Source: Octopus bimaculoides (Eukaryota). Taken from it: a DNA stretch of 64,000 bases. Below the pieces are notes generated by a model that saw nothing but the letters and a program-made list of their open reading frames with translations, had not been told where the DNA came from and did not search any database. The stretch lies in NCBI RefSeq assembly GCF_001194135.2, contig NC_068982.1, forward strand, positions 111,991,098 through 112,055,097. Reading direction: 5' to 3'. This document shows, piece by piece, positions 52,184 to 64,000 of the stretch; position 1 is the stretch's first letter; every line of letters starts with the position of its first letter. The position numbers were made by a program, and so were the translations under genes.

Positions 52184-54222
52184 CACACACACACACATAA
52201 ACATGTGTAAATTGTTTGCTGTATTAGTTATATAATTGAAATTATACACATTGCAACTAGTTTTTAATGAAAAAAGTATAAATGAAATAAAATGAAAAAA
52301 AAAAAAACGTAACTATCATAGGTCCGGGTGACTCAGTTACGATGAATTGGTAAAAAAAACTTGTGTTTTTAAAATTTGAATATGACAAATAGAAATGGAC
52401 TAAAACATTTTGCATAAAATCAGATTCGGGAAGTTAGTGGGTGGACGAATTAGGAAAGCCGTTTGGGGAGTAGGGGCAATTTAGGGTTGATAAGAGGAGA
52501 AAGGACATGTTACGAGTTGACGTAAACGAAGCTAAACTGTTCAGAAAAGCATAGGTCATTGCAGTGTCTATCGAAGAAATGGGTAGAAGACACAGTTTGC
52601 TCGAGACTGTGGTTACAGTGTGTTGTTAATTAATCCTATGTTTCATTGTGCAATTATGTAAGATTTTGTGAGTGACAAGATGACCTTAAAAAATTGGAAT
52701 TAATAACATGGTTCTTTAATTAGAGGAATGGAAATGCAAAAACAGTAGAGTCATTCTAAATTTATTATTGTAATTGCATGCCTTTCTTGTACGATCTGAA
52801 TTCAAATCCGGTCAGGGTCGGTTTTACTATTCAAGAGCATGGTTTTAATAAAAGATGAATGGAGCAATTTATAATGCCGATTTAAACTAGATATTCTATT
52901 TCCAGACAAACGTCTAAACTATTGCCAAGGTACTGAAAGTATCGCCCAGTTAAACTCCAATACGTATCCCGCGCATGACGTAGCGGTGTTAATTATGTTG
53001 CAAGAATTTGAGCAACGTTTCCGCTCGGTGGATAACGTCCTCTTTTCGTCTCATCGGTCTCAGAGCTCTGAAAAAGATCATGGGCACTACATTTCATGCT
53101 CTGAAAGATTCATAAAAAAAACGAAGAAAAATCTGTATTCGTCTAGCTTTATTACGATGTATAAGTATCGTAGACCCTATCGTTATAATGACAACTATAA
53201 TTTGGATGACAGTTTACCTGTGAGCATTGAACTTCTTGAGTGTGTTACACATTTTCTGGTGATGATATATGAACATATGGTAGTGTTTCCAGAAGCAAAG
53301 TTGGTTTTTCTTTTTTGTTACCAAATATTCACCGAAGAAAAAAGAACATTCACAAAACCATTGGAGGGATTATTTCCATTACTGTTCATACCTACTGTCA
53401 ATGTTTCAGTGAATTGGTATCAATGATGAAACCCGAATTCTACTACTTATTCCACATACGCACAACTATAAAATTGAGAGCTGCTGCGTTTGGGAAATTT
53501 TCGACGATCTACGTTATGTTACTATGTATTTCCTAGCCATGAAATAAAAATAAATAAGCGTTAAAATACAAATATATATGTATTTTGTAATTAACTTCTC
53601 AGCTGCAACTGAATTATGTTGTTCTTATAGATAAGAGAGTTGGCTTGCTTCCTTTAAACAGTGTAATAATAATTGTCTTCTGCACATGGGCAGACATATC
53701 TCGACATTCAAACTGAATACAGCTGTCCTGGTTATAAACACATCACTGAACAACATCAACAAAGACAGATAATTATTATTGAACCATAGACATCTTATTT
53801 AACCACGGAAAACATACTGAACAAGCGATTAATGAATTCGCTAATGGATGATAACCGAACCATAACTAGTATATTAAATTAAACAACAGCAAAAAAACAA
53901 TAACAACACAAACAAAAAGAAAGAAAAGCAGCAAAAACAAGAACAAACGAAAAATACTTTCTGCATTCGAGCTAAGACAAACGACCGTAATAATAGCATT
54001 GGAGTTACCCATACATAGACGACTGAACAATAAGCAGAAGAATTATTGAATTGCATATAGCCATTTGAAGTTAAGAGAGACAACTGAAGTAAATGCACAG
54101 ATTTGTTATCGATAGGAAAACAGAAATCAGCGCCATCTGTAAAAATGAGAGAACAATTGACGGTTCAACGATAGTTCAAACTCAGATAAACCAATGAACA
54201 GAGATTGTGAACTGGATGATCG

Positions 54223-54282
<60 letters not shown>

Positions 54283-54427
54283 ATATGATATATGTATATA
54301 TATATAGGGATATTATAATATTAGGGAATATCCAAACTATGTCGTGATATATATATATATATATCGATATGTATATATTGATATGATATATATATATATA
54401 TGCATATATATATATATATTGATATGG

Positions 54428-54461
<34 letters not shown>

Positions 54462-55511
54462 TATTATATCTCTCTATATATGTGCATGTGTGTGTATACA
54501 TACATACATGTGTATGTGTGTGTATACATGAGTGCAAAATAAAACAAAGGATTTAGTTTACCTTTTTGTTTACCTATTGTGACATCATAAATTATATAAT
54601 CTCTACACGTGTTTCATATGTGATCGTTATGTAGCCGATTTCACAATCATCTTGAATCGCTACATCTTTAGAAGAAATTAATATTTTCATTCAGTATTAT
54701 TTATCAATCCTTTTTGGTAGGCCTTGCTATTTTAGAACTGCGTGTGAATTTGAAGAAATTTTTCTAAATAGCTGTTAAGACAAGGAAGGATACCTTTCTT
54801 TTACGTGTTGCAATCACGGCACTGTGCCTACGCTAGGGCACTAGCAATCCAACCCAGCACAAGGCAACATCTGAGTAAATGCTATTTGCCAACATAATGT
54901 GGCTGTCCCGAAAGGAACGATGTTACTGTTGTTTTAGTCCCAAGAAACATAGTTTCTAGCTGACTATGCGACACACTATCTGTGTCCTTGTATTTTCGAA
55001 CAGGGAGCCCAGCAACTCCACCCAGCATAAGACAACATCTGTGGACTAGTTTCTGGTTTATTGCTCTTTATCAATAGAGAGTAGCTGCTTGGCTAGATGG
55101 CGTTGCTGAATTCACCGTTCAAGCATATAGTTTTCAAAGGGACACACAGCCATTGATAAAAAAAAAAGAAATATCATTATTTCTAAATCTCTTAAAAAGA
55201 AAAATTCAGTAACATTTCTCCAAAGTAAATGCTATTTTTTCAACATAATGTATATTTATGCATGTATTAATATATATTCATGTGATAAATATAATATATA
55301 CTAGACTTACTACCCAGCCTTGCTCGGTAAAGTATTCACAGAATTGTTTGGCAGTTTGTAGAATGGGAATTCACGGTACTGATACATGTGTATATATTTA
55401 ACTTAACTTCTGGACGTATTTAATTTGAACTATCCAAACAATGATAATCAATTTACATGAGTAGAAGCTTTTTTTTTTTAGCAATTTTTATCCTGTAGAT
55501 CACCTGTTACG

Positions 55512-55668
55512 TTTGTTTTAAAGTGAAAGAGAGCGGAAGGTGAAAGATGTATGAACATGCATATGAAACGGACGTGTGAGTGTGTGTGAGAAAGAGAGAG
55601 GGAGAGTGTGTGTGCTGCGTACACATACATGAGAACACACACGTTCACTCATACACACACACACACAC

Positions 55669-55701
<33 letters not shown>

Positions 55702-55909
55702 TGCACACGTACATACAAAAAAGATGTACGCATAAGTATTGATGTATGTACGAACACATAACACACACCCCTTCACTCACTCTGTCTGTCTTTTCTTTCT
55801 CTCTTCCTCTCTCTCTCTCTCTCTCCTTGACGCACACACGTCCATTTCATATATAAGTATATACGTACATACACCTTTCACTTTCTTCTCCCTTTCATTT
55901 TAAAACAAA
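55512..55909. repeat. Imperfect inverted repeat (about 95-bp arms)
   Basis: 55512-55610 (TTTGTTTTAAAGTGAAAG...ATATGAAACGGACGTGTG) matches the reverse complement of about 55815-55909. Confidence 0.7.
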
Positions 55910-56419
55910 AGTAAATAAATAAAAAAATTAAAATGTGTGTGTATTCTGTATGTGTTGACGTCATGGAAGCCATGTATTTTTTTCATTAAGAATTCGCAAG
56001 AATTGTGTTTAATCGTTTAGATAGAGGTTCAAATGTCACAAAAATTTGTACTGCACTGCCGAAGGTAAGTATGAAAATATGTAAAAAGAATTAAGATAAA
56101 ATATACTATTTCTGAGATATTTCAGTTACACACAAACATCCCTAGGGTTTAGTTTTATCAAGATATTTATGTATGTATTAAATCAAAGACTGTAACTTAA
56201 GGTATTATCTTTAATTCTCTTGTTACAGTTGTTTCAATACACATAGCGAACCCACTTCATCAACATATATGTTAATATCAATATCAAACTAAGGAATTCA
56301 TTATTTTATAATAAAATATATACATATCTTTCTCAGTACCTATTTGCAGTTCTTCAAACTAGGTCTTTGTGTGTATGTGTGTGTGTGTATGTGTATGTAG
56401 ATACATATGTGTGAGTACA

Positions 56420-56467
<48 letters not shown>

Positions 56468-57202
56468 NNNNNNNNNNATACATACACAGTCACCCACCAC
56501 TCACACAAACAGGCACGCACGCACACACACAAACACACACACACACACATATATGTACAGAGTGAGATTCACGATGTTTATTTCTAATACACACATTAGT
56601 TACACGACAATATATAGTTGGTTGTATTTCTTCTCGGCGTTTATTTGTGTCGTTGTCACGTGATTATATCGTATGATATCAGAGGTAGTATAGGATAACT
56701 AACAGGAGCAAAAAAATATTTTTTGTTGTCAATTAAAAAAAGAAAGTTCTAATTATATTGCTAGTATAAAAGAGACAACTTGACAAATACGAACTAACAT
56801 CAAAAGACATAATATGCTATACGTAAAAGAGTAGTTTTGTTATTCATAAGATAAATATCCATTTAAAAAAAAAAAATGATTATTGTTAACACTTTGATTT
56901 TCCTACATATTCCCATAAATAAAACGAACAAAAAAACTTAAGAAATGACATGAAAAGCAACCAAAACCTCATTAATACCTATGTAGATATGCGTAAATTT
57001 GTATGCATGTGAATGTGTATATGCATTCATACACACACATGGATACATACACGGATACATACACGCAGACATATACGCACACATATATATATACATATAT
57101 ACATATATATACATGTATATAAATATATATATATACATACACACGCACACACACACATACATATATATGTATGTATGTATATATACATATATACATACAT
57201 AC

Positions 57203-57241
<39 letters not shown>

Positions 57242-57460
57242 NNNNNNNNNNNNNNNNNNNNNNNNNNNNNNNNNNNNNNNNNNNNNNNNNNNNNNNNNNN
57301 NNNNNNNNNNNNNNNNNNNNNNNNNNNNNNNNNNNNNNNNNNNNNNNNNNNNNNNNNNNNNNNNNNNNNNNNNNNNNNNNNNNNNNNNNNNNNNNNNNNN
57401 NNNNNNNNNNNNNNNNNNNNNNNNNNNNNNNNNNNNNNNNNNNNNNNNNNNNNNNNNNNN

Positions 57461-57502
<42 letters not shown>

Positions 57503-59305
57503 ACACACACATACACACACACACACACACACATACACACACACATGTTGTTTCCAGTAAAGAAGACACATTGATATGACGAGTTTGTCATTTTCAGACT
57601 ATCTGATGTTTCTCTGTAAAAATCAATAATATTCACTGTTTATGTACACTGTTTCAAAACAGGGATTGTTGTTCCCCGATTCAAAGGCAGATTTTAAAAT
57701 TAAAGAAAAGTATATAAAACAATGAAATAATCACAAACATTCTAACAAAGGCTTCGGGGCTGACTATTAAAAAGAATCGATCACTCTATCAGCTAATCTA
57801 CATATTTTATTAAGTCTTTCCACGGAACTATCTTAATTTATTCTAATTGAATACTGGTGATATGTCACGACATTTCTACAGAAAATTATTGAGTTGTACG
57901 CTTAATACGTGTCCATAATGAGGTGCAAAAACGTTAAATAATGAACATTCTCTACATCAAATTGAATATTGTAAAATCGTCCTTGACTCAAGAAGTAAAA
58001 TATAATTTACAATTCAATCATATCGATACATGCTGCTAGTATGTATCCGCATATATTTTATTTTTGTAGACTTGCTGTCCATATGTTTTACAATTCAATT
58101 ATTCTTGGCAGTATCTATTCAAGAGTCAATAGCGGAAAATGACGTAAAAAAAAACTATACTTGTACGGCTTGTCTGAAAGACTTAATACCACAGGAGGAA
58201 AACCCCAACTGAAATACTCCCACATGGTTCTTGGTAAGCCATACGAAATACTAATTTGAACATATCTTTTATTATTCAAATTTCAACCTTTACGTCAGCG
58301 ATATTTAATTTGTGTTCATTCTTATAAATTAACCAAGAGCATTTGTAATACTTCAGATAAGAGAAAAAATGAGGGAAATAGAAATTAGTGTGTAAAAGTA
58401 TGAAAAAGACTGTAAAATACCTACCTACGAGAGATTTTTCAGGCTGCTAACTCGGAAATCTCGTTGGCGTTTAAATGGCAGAGAAAATGCTATTTTTGCA
58501 ATACTAATGAACAGTGAAATTCTACTCGTCTATAAGAAGATGTGTATCGAGAATCTTAATTAAAACAGATATGTATTTGTATGGATTATAGACACCACAA
58601 ACTGAATATGGGCGTTATCTATCGAAATAGTTATCTGAAAGATATTGTAAAATACCAGTATTTTATAGAGTTAAAAGATCCCGATCGTCATAGGGATATG
58701 CTTTAAACGATTTCTTCACAAGTCTATTTCAATTTTGAAATGAAGTTAATTCATTTATCCACAGCATTCAAATCTTTGAAAATATTAAATACACGAAACT
58801 TTTTAATTTCTTCTCCACTATAAATATACAACCTAATTATAATTGCCTGATTAAAAGAAGTAATAAAGTTGGCATTATTATTTCAGACGATTGAAAATAC
58901 TGACTTAAAAACCTTAGTCATTTAAATTTGGAAACTACAGAGAATAGTTTGAAAAAGAGGAAGAGAATACATCTGTCAGCCCTTAGATTTCTGTAGGAAA
59001 CATCATGATGAAACTATGCAGTTTCAGCAGTTTATGCAGCAGTAGGAGACGTAAAATTTAAGAATTTTGTTAATTATTTCGAATCGAAGTTTATTTAGAT
59101 ATTAGTAATCAAAATTACTGAAATTCAAATAAATCAAACAACAATTATACGGTTGTATGTAGGATAAATATATAAATGTTTTCAAAATATTTACTAAAAT
59201 AATAACTTGAATTAAATAATATGTAATTACAAGGATATTAAAATAATCTACATTATTTACATTATTTACAATTGACGGATATTTGTCCTCATCTTGTTTG
59301 TTGTT

Positions 59306-59351
59306 AACACAACGTTTCGGCTGATATACCCACCAGCCTTCATCAGGCGTC
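59306..59351 (-). ncRNA. Minimal type I hammerhead ribozyme motif (PLE-type)
   Basis: Minus strand reads GACGC-CUGAUGA-A-GGCUG-(GUGGGUAUAU)-CAGCC-GAAAC-GUU-GUGUU. Intact core, 5-bp stem II, palindromic minimal stem III (AACGUU), stem I GACGC/GUGUU. One extra A after the CUGAUGA box. Confidence 0.75.
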
Positions 59352-59399
59352 TTGGGGAAATTTCGAACCTGGGTTTTCATTCTCATTTCGATGTTGTTG

Positions 59400-59452
<53 letters not shown>

Positions 59453-59456
59453 GTTA

Positions 59457-59502
<46 letters not shown>

Positions 59503-59548
59503 CATTATTATTATTATTAATATCATCATTATTATTATTATTATTCAT

Positions 59549-59620
59549 GTCACTGGCTGGAATCGAACTCGGAATCTTGGGGTTAGTAGCCCACGCTCTT
59601 AACCACTACGCCATATGCCC
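59549..59620 (-). mobile_element. tRNA-derived SINE head (Pol III boxes A and B), not a functional tRNA
   Basis: Minus strand GGGCATATGGCGTAGTGGTTAAGAGCGTGGGCTACTAACCCCAAGATTCCGAGTTCGATTCCAGCCAGTGAC. Box A TGGCGTAGTGG, box B GAGTTCGATTCC, anticodon-like loop CTACTAA; the acceptor stem does not pair. Confidence 0.8.
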
Positions 59621-59662
59621 GTGGGCATATAGAATGAGGACCCAGATTCGAAATTTCCCCAA

Positions 59663-59708
59663 GACATCTGATGAAGGCTGGAAGGTATATCAGCCGAAAT
59701 GTTGTGTT
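59663..59708 (+). ncRNA. Minimal type I hammerhead ribozyme motif, second (inverted) copy
   Basis: GACAU-CUGAUGA-A-GGCUG-(GAAGGUAUAU)-CAGCC-GAAAU-GUU-GUGUU. Same fold as the 59306-59351 copy, but GAAAC has become GAAAU (CpG-type decay). Confidence 0.65.
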
Positions 59709-60340
59709 AACAAACAAGATGAGGACAAATATCCGTCAATTTTAAATAATGTAAATAATGGACATAATTCCTCATCTCTTAAATATAGAACAATAAAATA
59801 ATCTATTAAAAAAAATTCTCCGTCACATGCAAAGCGAATATGGCTCAGTAGTACGTACTATGCTTTTGCTAATTGTTTAACGGACCTATAGAGCTGCGAA
59901 AACATTCTCCAGGTCCCACGACAAGTGGGATAAAAATGAAATTCTTGTGGGTAATGAGGACTCATCAGACATAAGTAAAATTATATAAAAAAGACGAGTG
60001 TGTATGTCTGTCTGTGTATGTGTGGTGTGTGTGTGTGTGTATGTATGTAAAGTTCTCAGAATACTTATAAACAGAAGGTCTTACAGCCAATCGTCGAAAC
60101 GGCTAGGAAACTGCAAACAATCTATAAGGAAACTATAAGGAATCTGCTAGGAAACTGTAAGTAAACTGTAGGTTCAAATCAATTTGATACAAGTAAATAT
60201 GTACGAAATGTGCTATTTTCTCTCGATTTTTATATCTAATTATGTATGTATGTATGTATATGTGTGTGTGTCTGCCCGTCTGTCCCTCTACGTATGCATG
60301 TATGTATGCATGCATCGATTTGTGTATGTATGCATGTATG

Positions 60341-60401
<61 letters not shown>

Positions 60402-60761
60402 TACTGTGTGTCTCGCTGTCTCTTTGACTGGAAATCTGTGTGTATGCCATTATGTTTATTGGTGCACTTTTAAGTCAAAAGCGTAAATTAGCTTTTCGAT
60501 AATTAGTGATCGATAAAACAACTACTACACTGAAATAAGTATTACGATCGATTTGATCGACTATATACGTCCTCGATAAAAAAGAAAAATCTTTGTTCCG
60601 TTGCTTGGAATCCTTACTGCATAGTCGAGACTCTATGTAATAGTGAATTACTAGGTCAATTCCTTGATTATAATCATCCTTTGTCGATATTTATAACTAT
60701 TCACTTGGGTGTGCTCATAGTTTAAACCAAAGAAGCGATTGACATTGTAATCACGGTATAT

Positions 60762-60796
<35 letters not shown>

Positions 60797-61476
60797 NNNN
60801 NNNNNNNNNNNNNNNNNNNNNNNNNNNNNNNNNNNNNNNNNNNNNNNNNNNNNNNNNNNNNNNNNNNNNNNNNNNNNNNNNNNNNNNNNNNNNNNNNNNN
60901 NNNNNNNNNNNNNNNNNNNNNNNNNNNNNNNNNNNNNNNNNNNNNNNNNNNNNNNNNNNNNNNNNNNNNNNNNNNNNNNNNNNNNNNNNNNNNNNNNNNN
61001 NNNNNNNNNNNNNNNNNNNNNNNNNNNNNNNNNNNNNNNNNNNNNNNNNNNNNNNNNNNNNNNNNNNNNNNNNNNNNNNNNNNNNNNNNNNNNNNNNNNN
61101 NNNNNNNNNNNNNNNNNNNNNNNNNNNNNNNNNNNNNNNNNNNNNNNNNNNNNNNNNNNNNNNNNNNNNNNNNNNNNNNNNNNNNNNNNNNNNNNNNNNN
61201 NNNNNNNNNNNNNNNNNNNNNNNNNNNNNNNNNNNNNNNNNNNNNNNNNNNNNNNNNNNNNNNNNNNNNNNNNNNNNNNNNNNNNNNNNNNNNNNNNNNN
61301 NNNNNNNNNNNNNNNNNNNNNNNNNNNNNNNNNNNNNNNNNNNNNNNNNNNNNNNNNNNNNNNNNNNNNNNNNNNNNNNNNNNNNNNNNNNNNNNNNNNN
61401 NNNNNNNNNNNNNNNNNNNNNNNNNNNNNNNNNNNNNNNNNNNNNNNNNNNNNNNNNNNNNNNNNNNNNNNNNNNN

Positions 61477-61518
<42 letters not shown>

Positions 61519-62089
61519 CATACATATACAGGTATATCAAGTAACCTGAAATTTTGACCGCTTGTAGCTATTATTTGGCACGTTAACAATAGTAATCTCA
61601 GACACAACTGTTGAGTCAGATACAACTGTCAATAATTCATTCACATAAGCAGAATATATCCCTAATCTCATTAAATCTACTTCTGTTAATTATGGTGTAA
61701 ATAACTTTACTAAGAACAAAATGTTGTGACTTTGGTTGATTTATATTCAGAGTTCAGGATACACTTACACCTTCTTCAATGGGTTGTCTTGTATTGGTCA
61801 AATCAATAATGAGGTATATCAAATTTACACCCTACCACATGCCCCCACACACGTATAAGTGTATGTAACAATTATATCATGGAAGAATCATCATAAGTAT
61901 TTAAAAACAGGTATATTGTTTCATTTGTTTCATAGTATTCTATAGTACGAATTATCAAGAATCTTTGCTGTACTTTCACCACGGCCTAATCACTAAAAGA
62001 AGAAAACCCTTGTCTCTTGCACGTCGGATATTTTCTCAGATTCCTATTTAAGCACGGGACACATTGATCTATTTATCTATCTATCTATA

Positions 62090-62131
<42 letters not shown>

Positions 62132-62257
62132 CCTGTCTATCTCTGCCTGTTTGTCTGCTTGTCTGTCTGCCTGCTTGCCTGTCTGTCTGCCTGCCTGCCT
62201 GTCTGTTTGTCTTCTCTCTTCTGTCTTCTGTCTGTCTATCTGTCTCTCTCTGTGTCT

Positions 62258-62307
<50 letters not shown>

Positions 62308-64000
62308 GTTACCGTATATATCTTATATTTAAGTGGTGTTGTATTTTCGCAACTCCAGTTTTACTCTACAACCGTCGCCAGGAGAACATGCACACACGAA
62401 CACCTGCACGCGCTCATTTGCTTTGAGACTCATATACATCAAGACTAGACGCCGAGTACGCCTTCTCAGAGAAGTTGCCCCGTGCCTTTTTGTTTTTCCA
62501 CACAATGAATATCATAGAAAAATGTGTTTTCATTCTTAGTTCACCCACAGCGAAGCTCTGTAACATCTCTAAAATTATTCAACTACTTCATGTATATCAA
62601 TAATACTGTAATCAAACGACCACAGCGATGGCTAGTCCTGCAACGACTGACTGGCGTCAAATATGCTATTAAGCAATGTTAAGTGACACCTATGACATGA
62701 CGTTTAGACGCAAGCTGAATGCCAATCAGGAAGCTATGCTTCTAACTTTATTATATGAGTTAGGAAAGCATTGTTACACTATTGTCCAGATGACAAATAT
62801 AGATGCCCGAATATAGATGTTTATATATATATATATATCTCCTCCAGGATTTCACTGCACGAACAAGAAGAGAATAATAACATTTTAATTCATAAAAGTA
62901 GGTGAATTCTAAAGTACATTTCAATAGTTTTCCTTTCTGCATTTTACTGCAATAAGGGGCTTGTGGTTGTTTAAACTGGTCATTAACCATTCTAATATCT
63001 CTAATCACTGAAGTCCTGTGATGACCATGAAGAACATAAAACTTCTTCCGACTAAAACTATAGTGTTTCATCAAATAGTTTAATGAAGAAGTGGCAAAAT
63101 ATACCCGTTGTCCTACATCTGATTTTAAGAACAAATTGAAGAAGCTGAAGTTCTTGGAAAATTGTGCTTCAGCAAAATTACGGTGTTTAAAAATAAGAAG
63201 GTCTTCAACATCGTTATGAAATTAATCAATGTCATGTTGATATTAATATCTGCATATAATTTATTGGGTTACGTGATAGAATTTAACGGTTTACTATTGT
63301 CGTATCTTCAGAGATATCTATTTCAATCTGTTCCGTTTATCTCCATGATGCAACAGAAAAAGGTAGCAAATGACCGATTGTTACGAAGTAACAATCGTTG
63401 GTATCGGCTGTTTGCATCACTTTTAACTGTTCTGTAACGTTAGTCATAAGCAAAATATTTCGCATTTAATGGCGCCGTACAGCTAACTGCAAATTGAAGT
63501 GAGCTCCTTAATTCACACTACAATAAACAGGTGCGCTGTCATCTTGTCTTTCAGCATTTCAATTCCACTGAAACTAAAGATTAATACTGTGCACAAAGGT
63601 GGCTATGAATGAAAGTTGTGATGATAAAAATATTTCTTCACTTCCTGCAAAGGCGACAGTTCAGGGGAAATTACGAGGGCAAATTACAAAACCATTATGA
63701 AATTATACAGAATAAGTAACTATAATGTGTATGTGTGTATGTATGCGGGTGTATATGTATGCCTGTATGCGTATGCGTGCGTGTGTGTATGTGTGCATGT
63801 GTGTATGTGTGTGCATATGTCTAGATAATTGACAGGTAACCATCTTTTTTCTGTTCGAGAAACCAGTTACATGCAGTGGAATCTCTAAAGTAAAAGCGGA
63901 CAAGTTTAAGGAAATTAAATAAACTATACATAAGATTGTATATGTATGTATATATATATATATATATATACGCCGTGATAGATCGCTAGACACTACACAG

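Larger units (their letters stand above)
59251..59793 (-). mobile_element. Composite non-autonomous retroelement: tRNA-derived head + (AAT)n + hammerhead-bearing body, plus an inverted second body copy, bounded by a 12-bp TSD
   Basis: TAAAATAATCTA is directly repeated at 59239-59250 and 59794-59805. Inverted arms 59251-59383 and 59631-59760 differ by 9 substitutions and one 3-nt indel (manual alignment). tRNA-like head at 59620->59549 on the minus strand; (TAT)n tract at about 59392-59545. Confidence 0.85.

Noticed and set aside
53000-53060. Minus-strand CCGATGAG...GAAACGTT hammerhead candidate
   Set aside because: The core is altered and there is no closing stem II pairing.
58112-58233. Plus-strand exon with good AG and GTAAGC boundaries
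   Set aside because: Stop codons in all three frames; at best a non-coding exon.
59549-59620. Functional tRNA gene
   Set aside because: The acceptor stem does not pair, and the sequence is embedded in a TSD-flanked repeat; it is a SINE head.
59102-59801. Poly-Asn, poly-Ile and poly-Leu ORFs
   Set aside because: Translations of the (TAT)n spacer inside the SINE.
59930-59980. Minus-strand CTGATGAGTCC...GGAC hammerhead candidate
   Set aside because: GGAC is not followed by GAAA and the spacing is wrong.
62760-63437. ORFs of 124 and 91 aa
   Set aside because: No recognisable domain, AT-rich, and within chance length.

Overview
This is AT-rich, repeat-dense, mostly non-coding animal DNA from a short-read scaffold, with 17 N-gaps that nearly all abut microsatellites. 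The repeat families and microsatellite load look like Octopus; that is my inference from recognising the repeats, not a database result. I found no intact protein-coding gene, and almost every ORF in the supplied track comes from N-runs or microsatellites. Supported features: (1) a decayed Tc1/mariner (DD34E) transposon with both TIRs (18726-20136); (2) a histone H2B pseudogene (14494-14797); (3) a Penelope-like (PLE) GIY-YIG endonuclease fragment with an inverted 5' part (3917-4267); (4) an internally deleted LINE (21636-22025); (5) many tRNA-derived SINE fragments; (6) several fold-back inverted repeats and one local direct duplication. The best candidate for a new system is a 543-bp insertion (59251-59793) flanked by a 12-bp target-site duplication. 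It joins a tRNA-derived Pol III head, an (AAT)n spacer and two inverted copies of a body that each carry a minimal type I hammerhead ribozyme of the PLE kind. Further hammerhead-like motifs from unrelated repeats lie at about 35.5, 47.2, 5.9 and possibly 3.8 kb. A textbook recursive-splicing (AG|GTAAGT) site at 21062/21063 and a 4-nt microexon-like signal at 40438-40441, both on the minus strand, suggest the window lies inside a very long minus-strand intron.
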